This document shows positions 46,791 through 57,967 of a stretch of 64,000 bases of DNA, in pieces. The notes under the pieces were generated by a model. It was not told the DNA's origin. It saw only the letters and a list, made by a program, of their open reading frames with translations, and made no database searches. Numbering within the stretch: position 1 is the stretch's first letter; each line of letters opens with the position of its first letter. Source of the DNA: Cyanophora paradoxa CCMP329 (lineage: Eukaryota; Plantae; Glaucophyta); the NCBI GenBank assembly GCA_004431415.1, contig QPMI01000453.1, forward strand, positions 598,330 to 662,329, read 5' to 3'. The position numbers and the translations under genes are program-made.

Positions 46791-49700
46791 TTAGAGCCCA
46801 AATGGAATGCTGTGAATTCCATCGTCTAATATCTTCCTTTTGCTATCGAGTTGGTTTAGAGCCACCCTTCTGCTCTCCAAATCATATAGGTTGTGGTCTT
46901 GCCTTCGCTTGTTTACTACTGCTACTGTTTTGGTGATGCCTTCAAACAGGCATCTCTTGAAATCATCAAAGTGAACCTCTTTGGAGGAAGTCCCAGACAT
47001 CTTTATTTTATCAAAGGTCTCAGTTCTGAAAGCATAGAGTTTCGATCTCAGACCTACATACTCCACAATCTTTGCATTTGGAAACTCGTTTTTATATTTA
47101 CCTGGAATCAAACGATTGCTCCTATCAAAGAGAGGGTGGGTGGGATCATAATTACTGCAATCCAGGTGTCCAGCAATTCGCTTCATCTCATTATTTAGAT
47201 CATTGGTATGCAGCAGGAGACAGAAAGAATCTGTATCATGGAATAGTAGCTCTGCTGTTTCCCAAGTTCTCCTCACCACATCATAAAAGAACCTGCTATT
47301 GTGGAGTTTCGCGAAATCCAGCACAAAAGCACCAATTGCAACAGGTTTATCTAAGTGAACATGCTTGGAATACATCTCAAAGGCAACAGCATTTTCGTTT
47401 AATACATTGGTTGCCTTGATGAGTGGACTTGCAGCATATTTCTTGCAAAGTTTCTCACTGTTTGCAATCTTTACCACAGAGCGACCCCTGCATGATTCGA
47501 GGCATTTACCATAGATTGCATTGTTCATTAATTTAAAGAAGTCACTCTCGAATCTGGACATAGATTGGCGCCTCAGTTTCGTATTTAGATCAATATAACT
47601 CTTCATGAATGCAGAGGTTGCAAATGAGAGAACCCTGTGAACCTTCGTGATTATAATACCTTTGCTCACAAGATAGATCAAGAGAGGTTGGGAAATCACA
47701 TAGTTATTTTGGGTGAGAATGTTGCAGTGAGTTTGGGGTCTTTGCTTATCTTCTCACCTGTGATATCCAGTAACTTTCTTTGATACCCACCCAGCATTTC
47801 GGTGGTGACATGTCTTTATTAACTACAAGTGGAAAATCGTAATGATCTGTGAGAGTTTGTGGGTATTCCAGGTCAACTTCAATAAAGGCACTTCGTCCTT
47901 GGGTCTCTTTAAGTGCCTCTGAGACATCTTCCCATCGAAAATCTCCAATGGGCAGTTCTTGACTGAGAGCAAAACCATACAGATTATTTGCATCCAAGAG
48001 AACTATATGGTCATCTGGGTTTTCCACCTTTGCATATCGAGTAGGCATTGTAGCAAACCCACCTCGAATTGCTCTCTCAATGAATTCGTATTGCCCTACA
48101 TCACTGATCTGCTCGATCTTTGCTCTGGTATAAATGAGCATTGCATCCCAGGATAATCCAGGAGCCGAAACATAGTGGGCAGGATCCAATCCATATTGGG
48201 AAAACGCCAATTCTCGGAAAGTCTGGAATTTACTCATAAGATCACCAGAATCCACTGCCTGGAAGTCCATGAAGTGCGAAGCATCTATGAATTTCCACAT
48301 GCCCCATTGCAGGGAGAGGTATTGATCGAAATTCTTGCTCAGGATCTCAACACGAAGTTTATCATCTTGCTGTGCAATTTTGCGGAATATTTCGTGTCCA
48401 CATTCATCCATGTGATCCACCACAATTGCTACTTTCGTTTGCTTTGAGATTCTCCTGTGGAGGTTGCAGTTTCGACATGCTTTTCCAATAAAGCTCCTGA
48501 TTGATGACAATGGTCTCTACTGGGAAATTCTCATGGGTAAATCGTTCAGCACAGATATAACAGTGTTTAGTGATCTTGTATTGTGCTTTCTGCTCTTCTG
48601 TGAGTGGGTGCATTGGAATATTGGTGAATAGAGTGCGGATTACTTGGGGTCTGATCTCTGTGAGAGTGGTAAACAGAGCACCAAGTGGATCTGATCCCTC
48701 GAAATAATGAGAGATCACCTCATCCCCCATCACAACTGTTAGAGAAACCGATTTTACCTCTCTCTTGCTGCGGTTCTCATCAATTGGAACCGAGTGACTA
48801 TCCATTTTCACATAGCAGATAGTGGGAAGCCACACAGTTTTGCGAAGATGTTGAAGCCCAAATGCAATGTGACTTCCAGATTTGGGCATTTACCTTTGCT
48901 CTCCCTCCAATCAATGCAGCGATTGCTTCTAATGAATCCAGCTTCTCCTGAGTTCTGAAACGAGACAGGCAGGTCTCACATAATAAATGCGACCATCATG
49001 GGCTTTATCAAAGGTGGTTTTCAGAGTCGACTCAGAGACATATGGTGATATAATGCCTCTATCATCCTCTTCGTTTTCGATTAATAAAAGGTTAATCTTG
49101 GTCTTTCTCCTCGGGTTGCTGGATTGTGAGAGGATAGAAGCACTGTGCTTGATTATCTGCACCATAAATGTTGATTGAGTTCAGGGTTCTGCTCCTCAAA
49201 TCGATCAATGATTCTGCATCACAGGCAACTGGAAACTGGATGCCTTCGAAATTGAGTTCGTTTAACCATCTTCTATACTGGCTGGGTTCATTGCTCTTGT
49301 GTTTATTAATGTCTTTCGGTGCAGGTAAGCCAAGATTGCATACTTGAAGCAGTCTTGACCATCAATATTCTTGACATTCACAGTTGCTCTCTTTATCCAA
49401 TCCACTCAGGTGTTGAGAAGAAGCAACCACCCACAGGAGCATAAGACATTATACCACTCTCAGCATCTCATGCGATCCAGTCTGTAACTGTCACCTGCAT
49501 CATCTGTTCCTGCATTGCTTGAAGTGCATTTCGCAGTTCAACATCAATATTTCGTGATCTTGTGATGACAAAGTAATCACTATAAATGAATTGGTGATCC
49601 ACACCCTTGGATCACTCACTTTGGTGAATTACAAATGAAGGTCAACCGAGTCTTAATTGCTCTCAGGTCTTGGAGTTTCTGTCTGAGTCTCTGGGTAGAG

Positions 49701-50038
49701 TAGTGCAATTCTCTCCAAGAATTCAATCCCATCTTGGATAACCTCCCCTCTTGCTCGATAGGTAACCAAGAGTATGCTTTGTTCATTGCTTCCCCATCTT
49801 CAATCTCGGTTCAATTGTCCCAACCTTAAACCTTCATCCCTGAATTCCTCCATTTCTCAAAACGATCATAAGCGATTGTAATTTCTGTGAGTTGAGATAA
49901 TCTTGGTCTCCTATCCAGGATTGCTGCCTGGCGATCATATTCGAATTCTGTAATATCACCAGTAACTAAAAGGGTTCCTAAAAGACCGAGTATTTCGTTT
50001 TTCTTTTCTTTGATGATTCTATTTGATTGGCGGGGCAT
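46791..50038 (-). CDS. Protein-primed family B DNA polymerase (Maverick/Polinton type), split by multiple frameshifts; N-terminal limit uncertain
   Basis: RATVNVKNIDGQDCFKY, HCYICAERF...CRNCNL (endo VII-like Zn finger), YGLDPAHYVSAPGLSWDAML, AIRGG, LLDANNLYG, FFKLMNNAIYGK, FHDTDSF and GLRSKLYA. Confidence 0.92.
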
Positions 50039-50093
50039 CTTTTACTTTAAGGGAACATATTATTTTGGGCGTTTTAAACGCATTTCGCATTTT

Positions 50094-50285
50094 TCAGGTT
50101 CTGATAATTCGCACATTCGTGCCTTTGGGGACATATACATTCACTGTGTCGAGTCTGCTTGCATAAACACGCTTCTTTTGATAGGTTCTACCATAACCTG
50201 CTCTGATCTTTGCAATATAATCCGCCACCTCTGCAATATCATTCTTTTCGACAAGCTGCTGCCGAATTTCATCAAAATAATCCAT
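50094..50285 (-). CDS. Hypothetical protein (63 aa)
   Basis: ATG ORF between the internal iteron module and pPolB. Confidence 0.45.
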   Translation of the reverse strand: MDYFDEIRQQLVEKNDIAEVADYIAKIRAGYGRTYQKKRVYASRLDTVNVYVPKGTNVRIIRT

Positions 50286-50425
50286 TTTCTGTCTTAGTCA
50301 AGTGAAATACGCAACGATCCCTTAAATCGCCAGTCAATTTTTGTCACAACACAACGATTTTCGATACGTTTTTATATTGTCCGATTAGAATCGAACAGTC
50401 ATCGACCCACAGGGGGAGTCTGTGG

Positions 50426-50585
50426 TTAATTGGGTGTGACGCCTGTGACGCCTGTGACACCTGTTTTCAGAGGTTTGTAGATTTTTGAAATTTTAAAAAG
50501 TTTGAAAATAGGCGTCACAGGCGTCACAGGCGTCACACTCAATTAAAAAGGTGTCACAGCTGTCACACAAACCATTTACAGTAAG
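50426..50585. promoter_or_regulatory. Internal inverted-iteron module (putative origin), a diverged copy of the TIR module
   Basis: TTAATTGGG(TGTGACGCC)2TGTGACACC, AT-rich spacer, (GGCGTCACA)3CTCAATTAAAAAGGTGTCACAGCTGTCACAC. It lies just past the helicase stop codon. Confidence 0.7.
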
Positions 50586-50604
50586 TTTTTAAAAAATAAG
50601 AAAT

Positions 50605-52996
50605 TCAATCAGTATTAGAATCGATTCTGTTTTGTTTACTCATCCCACCTTCAACATCACTGTCATCCACCAACTTGCGACTATGCTTCTTTTTGATCCC
50701 AAAGTAGCCACGAGCAAGAACACCATTGACTCGCTTTCTCTCAGCCTTCACATTAAAGACTTCGCGAAGTCTCTTCAAGATAGTGCATTCTGTGATTTTC
50801 TCATCAGATTTGCCCATGTGATCATCTTAAAGTGACTGATAATGGACTCACTTGTGGCGAAATCCCCTTGACTCTTGGTGAGTTCATAACTCTCACGAAT
50901 CCATTCTCCAATCTTGTCATTCTCATTGAAATATTCAACACCTTGATCAACAATGGACTGGGGTGGTTTGGTGACGAATTCATTGAGAGAATGGGTTCTC
51001 CACATTTCCAGGAGAATGGACATATGCGCCATTTTATAATCGTCATCATTCTTCATTAGGCGCATGAGAGTGGTGTCTGCTTTCTTCTCACCAGGCTGAG
51101 GATCGACCTTGAAGACATTTTCGAATCGGTAGTAGATAATTCGCCTTTGAATTGCTGCATCTGGTTTACTGATTCCCAAGTTGTCATTTGTGGACAAGAA
51201 CAACTGGAACATGGGAATGAATGTAACAAGATCTTTGAAAAGAGCTCGAACCTTCATCTCATTCCCACCAGTAACCTGTTTGATTTTGTTCAGTTGAAGC
51301 ATATCACCATCTTCTGCTTCATTACTGAAAACAATTCGTTTACCAAGAATGCAAGCGAGTTCTGGGGAAGCCTCTGACGAACTCTTCTTGGGTTTAGTCC
51401 AATATGTCATGTCCAGTGACCCATAATACTCACCAAATGTGTCTTTCACCAACTCTTGGAGCAGTGATTTCCCATTTGCTCCAATTCCAGTCCAGCAAGT
51501 GTATCTCTGATTTTCTGTCAAACCACTCAGGGCATAGGCGATTAATCCCAGCATGAATTCGCGGTCTGTATCCGATTCAATAATATCTGCATAGATGGAT
51601 TTAATCTTTGCAACCTTCTCTTGGTCAATTTCTGTGGTGTAATCGTAGCCAACAGTCTTACTCACCATATCATCTGGGAGTCCCTGTCGAAAAGTCATGG
51701 AGTTCAGGTCAAACACACCATTTGTAAATCCAATGATGTTGGGAACAGTATCAAGTCTCTCGAAAAAGGTCTTGTCACTGAACAGAACTGAAAGATCAGA
51801 CATAAGTGCAGTTCTGTATGTAGTCTGTTTGAGGCTCTTAGCAATTCCCAGCAGAATCTTTGACCTTTCCTCCAAGGAATTGCGGTTCTCTTCATCACGA
51901 AGTGCTCTCTGTGCGAGTTGAACAGAACGTTGAAGATAAACTGGACAGACCTTGCAGCTCAAACAGAGAAAGATTCGCTTCCCAGTTTCATCCATCTCCC
52001 AAATCCCACATACATCATTGAACTTGAACCAGGTCTTGTTGGAATACTTGTATTTGTCTTGCAGAACAAGATAGGCAACCTGTGCAACATCATAATGGGC
52101 ACCATCAGATCCAGCAGACCGATCAATCAGATTTTCGATCTTCACATCTGTCTCTTCCTTCACACGAACTGTGATGCTTCGCTTTTTGCAGTTTGCACTG
52201 TAACTCGAAACAATATATTTGTCCTTCTCCTTCCCTTGAACAATATACCAATTGTTCGAGTCATGGCTTCCCTTGCAGCAGGGACAGATCAGACCTTTGT
52301 TCTCAGCAGTGAAATTGTATCCCATCTTGGTCTCATTGATGATTGTGGGCAAGATGAAACCGAATTCTTCCAGTTTAGAAAGAATATGTTTCTGCAAATT
52401 CTCCTCAGCGCACCTCTCAAAATAAGAATGTGCACCTTTGGGAATTCGTAGTTGTCAACAATCCACTTTTGCAACTCAGCAGTAGGTTCATTTAACTCAC
52501 ACTCAGATGCCCATGGCTCTCTGATCCATGTTTTGTTGGGACTTGGACAAACATTAATTACCCCAGCAGTCCCAGTGGATGCAATCGTTTTGCAGTCGAT
52601 CTTGGGGTTTCCTTTGAATGCACCTGCTTTATCCCAGATCTTAATGGTGTCGAATTCAGCAGGTCGAGCGAAATAAGCATGATATCCTTTTTTGGTTTTA
52701 GCAAGTGGATTAACACCACCGAAATCATCAGGGAATTGCTCCTCGAATTTGGCGAAATCCTCCTCTTGGTCGAAGTCAATAACCATGATATTACGAGCAA
52801 GAATGCCCCAAGCAGTATATTTACCGGATTTCAGGGCTTCATCGAATTTATCCCAAGTCCAGGATCCGTCTTTATGAGCGAAAAGCGGTCTCTTGGTATC
52901 AGGATCAACAGGAATTACGAGATTCTCAGACAGGACATCGTCTTCACGAAGCCAGTCAACAAGGCGTTTCAGGGATTTCTTGGCGGCAGCGTTCAT
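50605..52996 (-). CDS. Bifunctional primase-polymerase (Prim-Pol/AEP) fused to a D5/P4-like SF3 helicase, with two frameshifts
   Basis: N-terminal WGILARNIMVIDFD...KTKKGYHAYF; Zn finger CPCC..HDSN; IGFTNGVFDL; Walker A GIGANGKS; Walker B IVFSNE; FLSTND; C-terminal RVNGVLARGYFGIK in ORF 50605-50817. Confidence 0.9.
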
Positions 52997-53189
52997 TTCG
53001 AAAATCGGGGCTTCTTACACTTAATGGAGAAATTAATTTCTCCGGATCCTTGTCATTTTTTGGCGGCTAACCTTTAAATACCTTTGGGTTTTCCGATTGG
53101 CGCTCGATACATGGTAATGATCCATCGAAAAGTCGATTGATCATGGTAACAAAAAGGATTCAGCGGATATCTGGGACTTTGGGGGCGGT

Positions 53190-53417
53190 TCAGTATTTTC
53201 TGGGACGACCAACTGGGCGTTTTACTGGATTATTGGGATCCATCTCAGCAGCTTTCCTGCGATAATATCGTTCCAGTGCCTTTTTACGATATAATTTACG
53301 AAATTCCTCATCTTGATAACGTTTCTGGAAATACAAGCGGTCATACAACCTTTTCCTCTCATTGGGATCCATTTCGCTCATTGCAAGTTCGAATTCGACC
53401 ACAGATTCAGTTTCCAT
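53190..53417 (-). CDS. Small basic protein with C-terminal AT-hook
   Basis: ALERYYRRKAAE...KRPVGRPRKY. Confidence 0.65.
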   Translation of the reverse strand: METESVVEFELAMSEMDPNERKRLYDRLYFQKRYQDEEFRKLYRKKALERYYRRKAAEMDPNNPVKRPVGRPRKY

Positions 53418-53618
53418 TTGATATGTTCCTTATATTTGGACGAGAAAATAATTTGTCCGGGTTCACCAATCAAACACACCTTACCCTTAAATCCCTTGTC
53501 ATTTTTTGCAGATCGAGACCAGTTCCTGTCTACGCTTTTTTATTGCGTCTTCTGTTGCATATTCAGCGGATTTCCTTTCAAGGATAGCATAGATCTCAGA
53601 GAGACTGAGCATTCGATA

Positions 53619-53852
53619 TTAATTACCGAGATTTAATTTCGGATCTGTGAAAGATACAGACCTTCGCCTCACTGTCTCTGTTTTAATATGCTCTTCGAAA
53701 TCCACCGAGTCTGTGGATAATCTCCTTCCACCAGATCCATGGCTTTCAGTGTCTGAGAACTCGATTTCGACTTTGGTGTCACAGCAACCACTGTGACAAT
53801 TGCTCACAATGTGGAGATTAAACATCTCAATGATTTTGCGCAGAAAATCCAT
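53619..53852 (-). CDS. Hypothetical protein (77 aa)
   Basis: ATG ORF in the co-oriented gene run; HIVSNCHSGCC. Confidence 0.5.
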   Translation of the reverse strand: MDFLRKIIEMFNLHIVSNCHSGCCDTKVEIEFSDTESHGSGGRRLSTDSVDFEEHIKTETVRRRSVSFTDPKLNLGN

Positions 53853-53879
53853 GATGCTTTCTCTTTTAATGCGAGATAA

Positions 53880-54614
53880 TTAAAGCCAAACTCGTCGTTT
53901 ATATACTGTTGGTGCAACACCTTTGTCCACCTCTGCCTTGGTAGCACCAGGTTCAATGGTGCCCTTTTGGGTTTTGGTCTTCATCTCATCAACTGCCTGC
54001 TCATCGATTTGAGTTTCTTTCTTACCAATGAACTGCTTATCTGGGAGACCAGTAATTCCCATTCTATACACCTCCTTTCGCAGCATCTCCTTTAATTTCG
54101 CTCTCTCTTTCTTCTCAGAGACATACTGTTCAAGTGCACTCGATTTCGCTTCCAGATCTTTTAGTTTCGCAGTCATTTCGTCCCATTGGGCTTTGGGAAT
54201 TCGGTGAATATTCTGTGTAGGTGCGACCTTGTAGGTGACCTCACCAGCCATGGATTGAATTACCTTGTCTGATTCCTTGGAGACACCTTCACCTTTGCGA
54301 GCAAGTGAGAGATCTTGCAGACCCAGTCCTTTATCATCAGCAGCACCAATAATTCGACGAGCACCTTCACCAACTGCTTTCATCTTTGTGGCTTCGGGTG
54401 AAATATTCAATTGATCACTGGTGGATGTTTGAGGCGCTTTATCATCGGGAGATTCTTCGTAAGCAGCATTGAGGGGATCTTCCTGTTGCTGTGATGCTTT
54501 CACTTCATTGACACCATTGAATTTCATGGGATCTGTGTTAATAGAACCGGTTCCAGAGGATGCAGAATATGACATAGCACCGGCAGGAACACCAACTTTG
54601 CGTTTGGAAGGCAT
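53880..54614 (-). CDS. Hypothetical charged protein (244 aa), possibly a core protein
   Basis: Intact ORF next to the packaging ATPase, containing a coiled-coil segment. Confidence 0.6.
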   Translation of the reverse strand: MPSKRKVGVPAGAMSYSASSGTGSINTDPMKFNGVNEVKASQQQEDPLNAAYEESPDDKAPQTSTSDQLNISPEATKMKAVGEGARRIIGAADDKGLGLQDLSLARKGEGVSKESDKVIQSMAGEVTYKVAPTQNIHRIPKAQWDEMTAKLKDLEAKSSALEQYVSEKKERAKLKEMLRKEVYRMGITGLPDKQFIGKKETQIDEQAVDEMKTKTQKGTIEPGATKAEVDKGVAPTVYKRRVWL

Positions 54615-54642
54615 TGTATATTTATTAGAAGCAGAGATTATT

Positions 54643-55425
54643 TTACAAACCTCTCTTATATCGCATCAGTTTATTCGAATGAACACCACTCTTGACCTCT
54701 TTGGGTGCTTCCTCTTTCTGTGGAGATGGTAGTTCATCTTCTTTCTTTTTGGGCTTCCTGTGGAACCGAGGAAATGGGAAATCTTTGACCAGATCCGCTT
54801 TATCAACATAATAGTTCACCGAATAATTTGCAGAAGACCACACAATATATTGGTAAGAGTGCACATACTCCTCAAACATCTTATAGAAATCGTCCTTGTT
54901 TCGCATGATATTATATTCCTCTTCAATGGCTTCGAGTTCTTTGCGATTTGCAGCACTCAGGAACACAGCATAATCCGAATTTACTCGAATTGTTGAAGAA
55001 ACCTTCCTCAGCTTCTGTGTGATGCAGATAATCGAGATTTTCGAATGGCGACCTCTGGAATAAAGAGATCCCACGATTTTGTCTCGGGTCAAATCAATGA
55101 TTTCGTTGTCTATTAGATCATCTAAGACCACACACAGGTGATTGACAGGTTCCCCTTTTTCGATTTTCTCCTGCCTTTCATCCAGTAATTTGGAAATGTA
55201 AGCAGCATCCCATTTCCCGAGTTGCAATGTTGCAACTGCATCCCAGAAATGATTGAAGGACGTCCCACTCACAACAAGAACAGTATCAATCTTTTTCGCA
55301 TCATGCAGCTGTTTCAACCAATATTTCACACATTCTGACTTGCCTGTTGCAGACTTTCCTATGAAAAGAGCACGAAATGGTGGGGTTATCATCTCAGATG
55401 CAACAAATTCTTCTAAATCGTTCAT
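54643..55425 (-). CDS. A32/FtsK-HerA family genome packaging ATPase
   Basis: Walker A FIGKSATGKS, Walker B LCVVLDD, and SRGRHSKISIICITQ...IRVNSDY. Confidence 0.93.
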   Translation of the reverse strand: MNDLEEFVASEMITPPFRALFIGKSATGKSECVKYWLKQLHDAKKIDTVLVVSGTSFNHFWDAVATLQLGKWDAAYISKLLDERQEKIEKGEPVNHLCVVLDDLIDNEIIDLTRDKIVGSLYSRGRHSKISIICITQKLRKVSSTIRVNSDYAVFLSAANRKELEAIEEEYNIMRNKDDFYKMFEEYVHSYQYIVWSSANYSVNYYVDKADLVKDFPFPRFHRKPKKKEDELPSPQKEEAPKEVKSGVHSNKLMRYKRGL

Positions 55426-55494
55426 GGCTTTGTAGATCTTTCTTATTAAAGATAGATAAAAATAACGAACTGTTACTGATAATGGTTTTACAGA

Positions 55495-56460
55495 TTAGAG
55501 AGATAAGAGGAATTGTTTAATGCACCGCTCAATATCAGTTTCTGTGTATGGGATGCGCAAGAGTTGGATATTGTTGGCTTCACAATAGCGGGTTTTAATC
55601 TGATCACGAATTTGCAGTTGCTCAAATGCTTTTTCTCCACCAAAAACCTCTACTGGTTCGAAGTGTTGGCGACCATCATACTCAATTGCGATTTTCAGAG
55701 CGGGAATATAGAAATCGAAGGGAAGTGCTTTTGTTTTACGACAGTCTTCAAAGGTAAATTGTCTGTTGTAATCAAGCCCAATTTCTTCCAAGACTGCTTC
55801 AATTGCAAGTTCACCTTTTGAGTTCTTGCAACGAGGGCAACCTCTATTCATCAGATGATTACAAGGAAGCTGATCGAATTCATTTGAGCATTTCATACAC
55901 TTGATGGATATTTTTGTTTTCTTGTTGACATACTTGACCTTGGAATAGTCATAGCGATCTCCATGGACTTCTTTCGCTTTCTCAATAAATAATTCTGTAT
56001 TATTTCGCCTGTGATGACCATTTTGTTGGAGAAAACATGCTTTGCACCCTTGCTTTCTCAAATGTGCATATGGTGCCTGCTCAAAGGTCGATTTACACCC
56101 ATTACACTTGATCAGAACTTTGCTTCTTGCATTCATATATTCAACGGCAGAATAATCATATCTGTCACCATGAACTTTCTTTGCCTCTTCAACAAAGGTG
56201 CTTTGTGGCTTCTTGCGATCATCATGAAGTTGTTTATCTCTGCAAGAAGGACATCCACCATTATTAACTCTTTTAGCCATGCAAATATGATTTCCAGCAA
56301 TTGTCTCAAAGTATTCCTGCAAGTTTTGCAAAACAGAGTAACCTTTGCATGGTATGACTTGTAAACAACCCGATCATATCCAAATTTATCTCCATGGGCT
56401 GCTTTGCTCTTCTCAATAAACTGTTCGATCGAGAGGGGTTTCTTTGTTTTATTATTGTAG
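55495..56460 (-). CDS. Three Zn-ribbon (DUF723-like) repeats plus a Vsr/DUF559-like PD-(D/E)xK endonuclease; frameshift near 56320
   Basis: Repeats F(I/V)ExAKxVHGDRYDYS...C..C...HL..GC..C, then LPFDFYIP..KIAIEYDGRQHF...DQIKTRYC...LLRIPY. An upstream frame supplies FIEKSKAAHGDKFGYD. Confidence 0.8.
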
Positions 56461-56542
56461 ACACCTTTTCTTTAAGTAGAAATCAAGGATGAAAAATGAA
56501 TCAAATTTTGCAGACTTAGGTAACAAAAACATACATTTGTGA

Positions 56543-57913
56543 TTATAGATTGATTCGCCTCAGGCCGTCCTTATCGACTATAATGAAACTGTGCATGAGA
56601 GCACGAACATTAACAGTGATTGTCTGGTCAGAAGGCATGTATAGAGTGAGGAAAGAGGAGGAGGAGTTCGTGAGATCAACATAGCCAGACTGGGCAATGT
56701 TGCGAATCGCTTTCTCTCCATCAACACAGAATGGTAGACCACTGAGGACATATTTGTCTGCAACCTTGTCCATATTTGAGCACTTGAAGGCATCCGCAAT
56801 TAATTCGGCACCTTTGAGGAGAGGGATGGGCTCAGTAGCATAGAGACGTTGACCATTAATTTCAACAGTGAAAGTAATGTCTTTTGAGTTAGCATGCGTT
56901 TTTAGGACACTGTGGGAACCATTGAAACCATCTATACCTGCGGCATCACGAACTGAAACAAGAAGACCATAGACAAGACCAGAGATCTGTGACAGGTTAA
57001 TACGATTTGGCTGAGCATTGCCTTTTGCAGCAAAATTGACACTGTCTACGAAACCAATATCCAGAGCAGGAATAGCCATACCAGTGGTCTTCACCTTCTC
57101 AATGACAGTAGCAAACAGTTCATCAGAAACATTAATAGCATGCATGTAAAGACGAGGAGAAGTGACTTTAATTTCGGGGGTTGTTCCAGAGATGGTGAAA
57201 GTGGTGATTTGTTGACCAACATGGGCAAGAGTAGCATTAGCAGTAGCACCAAGTCCATCATCCTCTGTCTTATCAGCAGCTGTTCCACCAACAACTGGAA
57301 GAGCACGACCACCATAAGAAGTCTCAACATAACCCTTTCCAGCATCCTTGAACCAGACAGTTACCACCATTTCTCCTGAGAGAGCACCAAGAGGTAGGTA
57401 GTGGTTTAGCCATGGGACTGGGATTTCAACAAAGAATGAACCACCAAGTCGGTTGGTTCCATGAGCAGGGATACCATGAACCATTCCCATTGAACGCTTC
57501 TTCTTGGCGAGTTGATCCTCACTGTAATAGATAAGAGGGAAATGAGCAAGGAAATCAGAAGGCACATGGAATGTGTAAGATCCATAGGTGATTTCAAGTC
57601 GAGAGACAAGAGCACCAACTGGGCGAACGTATCCATTGCGAACAAGGTCGGTATCACCAGCAAAAGTGACAGCTGGAAGGTCAAACGCAAGTTCGAGTTT
57701 TCCACAGAAATTGTAGCGAGGGAGCTTGAACGAAATGCGATTTCCAGCATTATTCTCGAAAGTGTTGCTTGGGTTCACAACAACAAGAACTGGCTTCGAC
57801 TTGGATTCAAGACCAAGCATGAGAGAGTTGTCCAGGAAGAACGCCTTGGCTTCTTCCGGGGTTGTTAGAGCTTCTTTCAGAGAAAGACGTTGGAGGGTCG
57901 AAGTAATATCCAT
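56543..57913 (-). CDS. Major capsid protein (double jelly-roll), ~456 aa, intact
   Basis: Size and position between the ATPase region and the pentons; NAGNRISFKLPRYNFCGKLELAFDLP...GALVSRLEITYG resembles DJR N-termini; QSGYVDLTNSSS near the C-terminus. Likely start is MDITS at 57913. Confidence 0.8.
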   Translation of the reverse strand: MDITSTLQRLSLKEALTTPEEAKAFFLDNSLMLGLESKSKPVLVVVNPSNTFENNAGNRISFKLPRYNFCGKLELAFDLPAVTFAGDTDLVRNGYVRPVGALVSRLEITYGSYTFHVPSDFLAHFPLIYYSEDQLAKKKRSMGMVHGIPAHGTNRLGGSFFVEIPVPWLNHYLPLGALSGEMVVTVWFKDAGKGYVETSYGGRALPVVGGTAADKTEDDGLGATANATLAHVGQQITTFTISGTTPEIKVTSPRLYMHAINVSDELFATVIEKVKTTGMAIPALDIGFVDSVNFAAKGNAQPNRINLSQISGLVYGLLVSVRDAAGIDGFNGSHSVLKTHANSKDITFTVEINGQRLYATEPIPLLKGAELIADAFKCSNMDKVADKYVLSGLPFCVDGEKAIRNIAQSGYVDLTNSSSSFLTLYMPSDQTITVNVRALMHSFIIVDKDGLRRINL

Positions 57914-57967
57914 GATTATCTCTTTTATTATACTGCAACATAAAAAATTCACCAATGATCCTTGATT

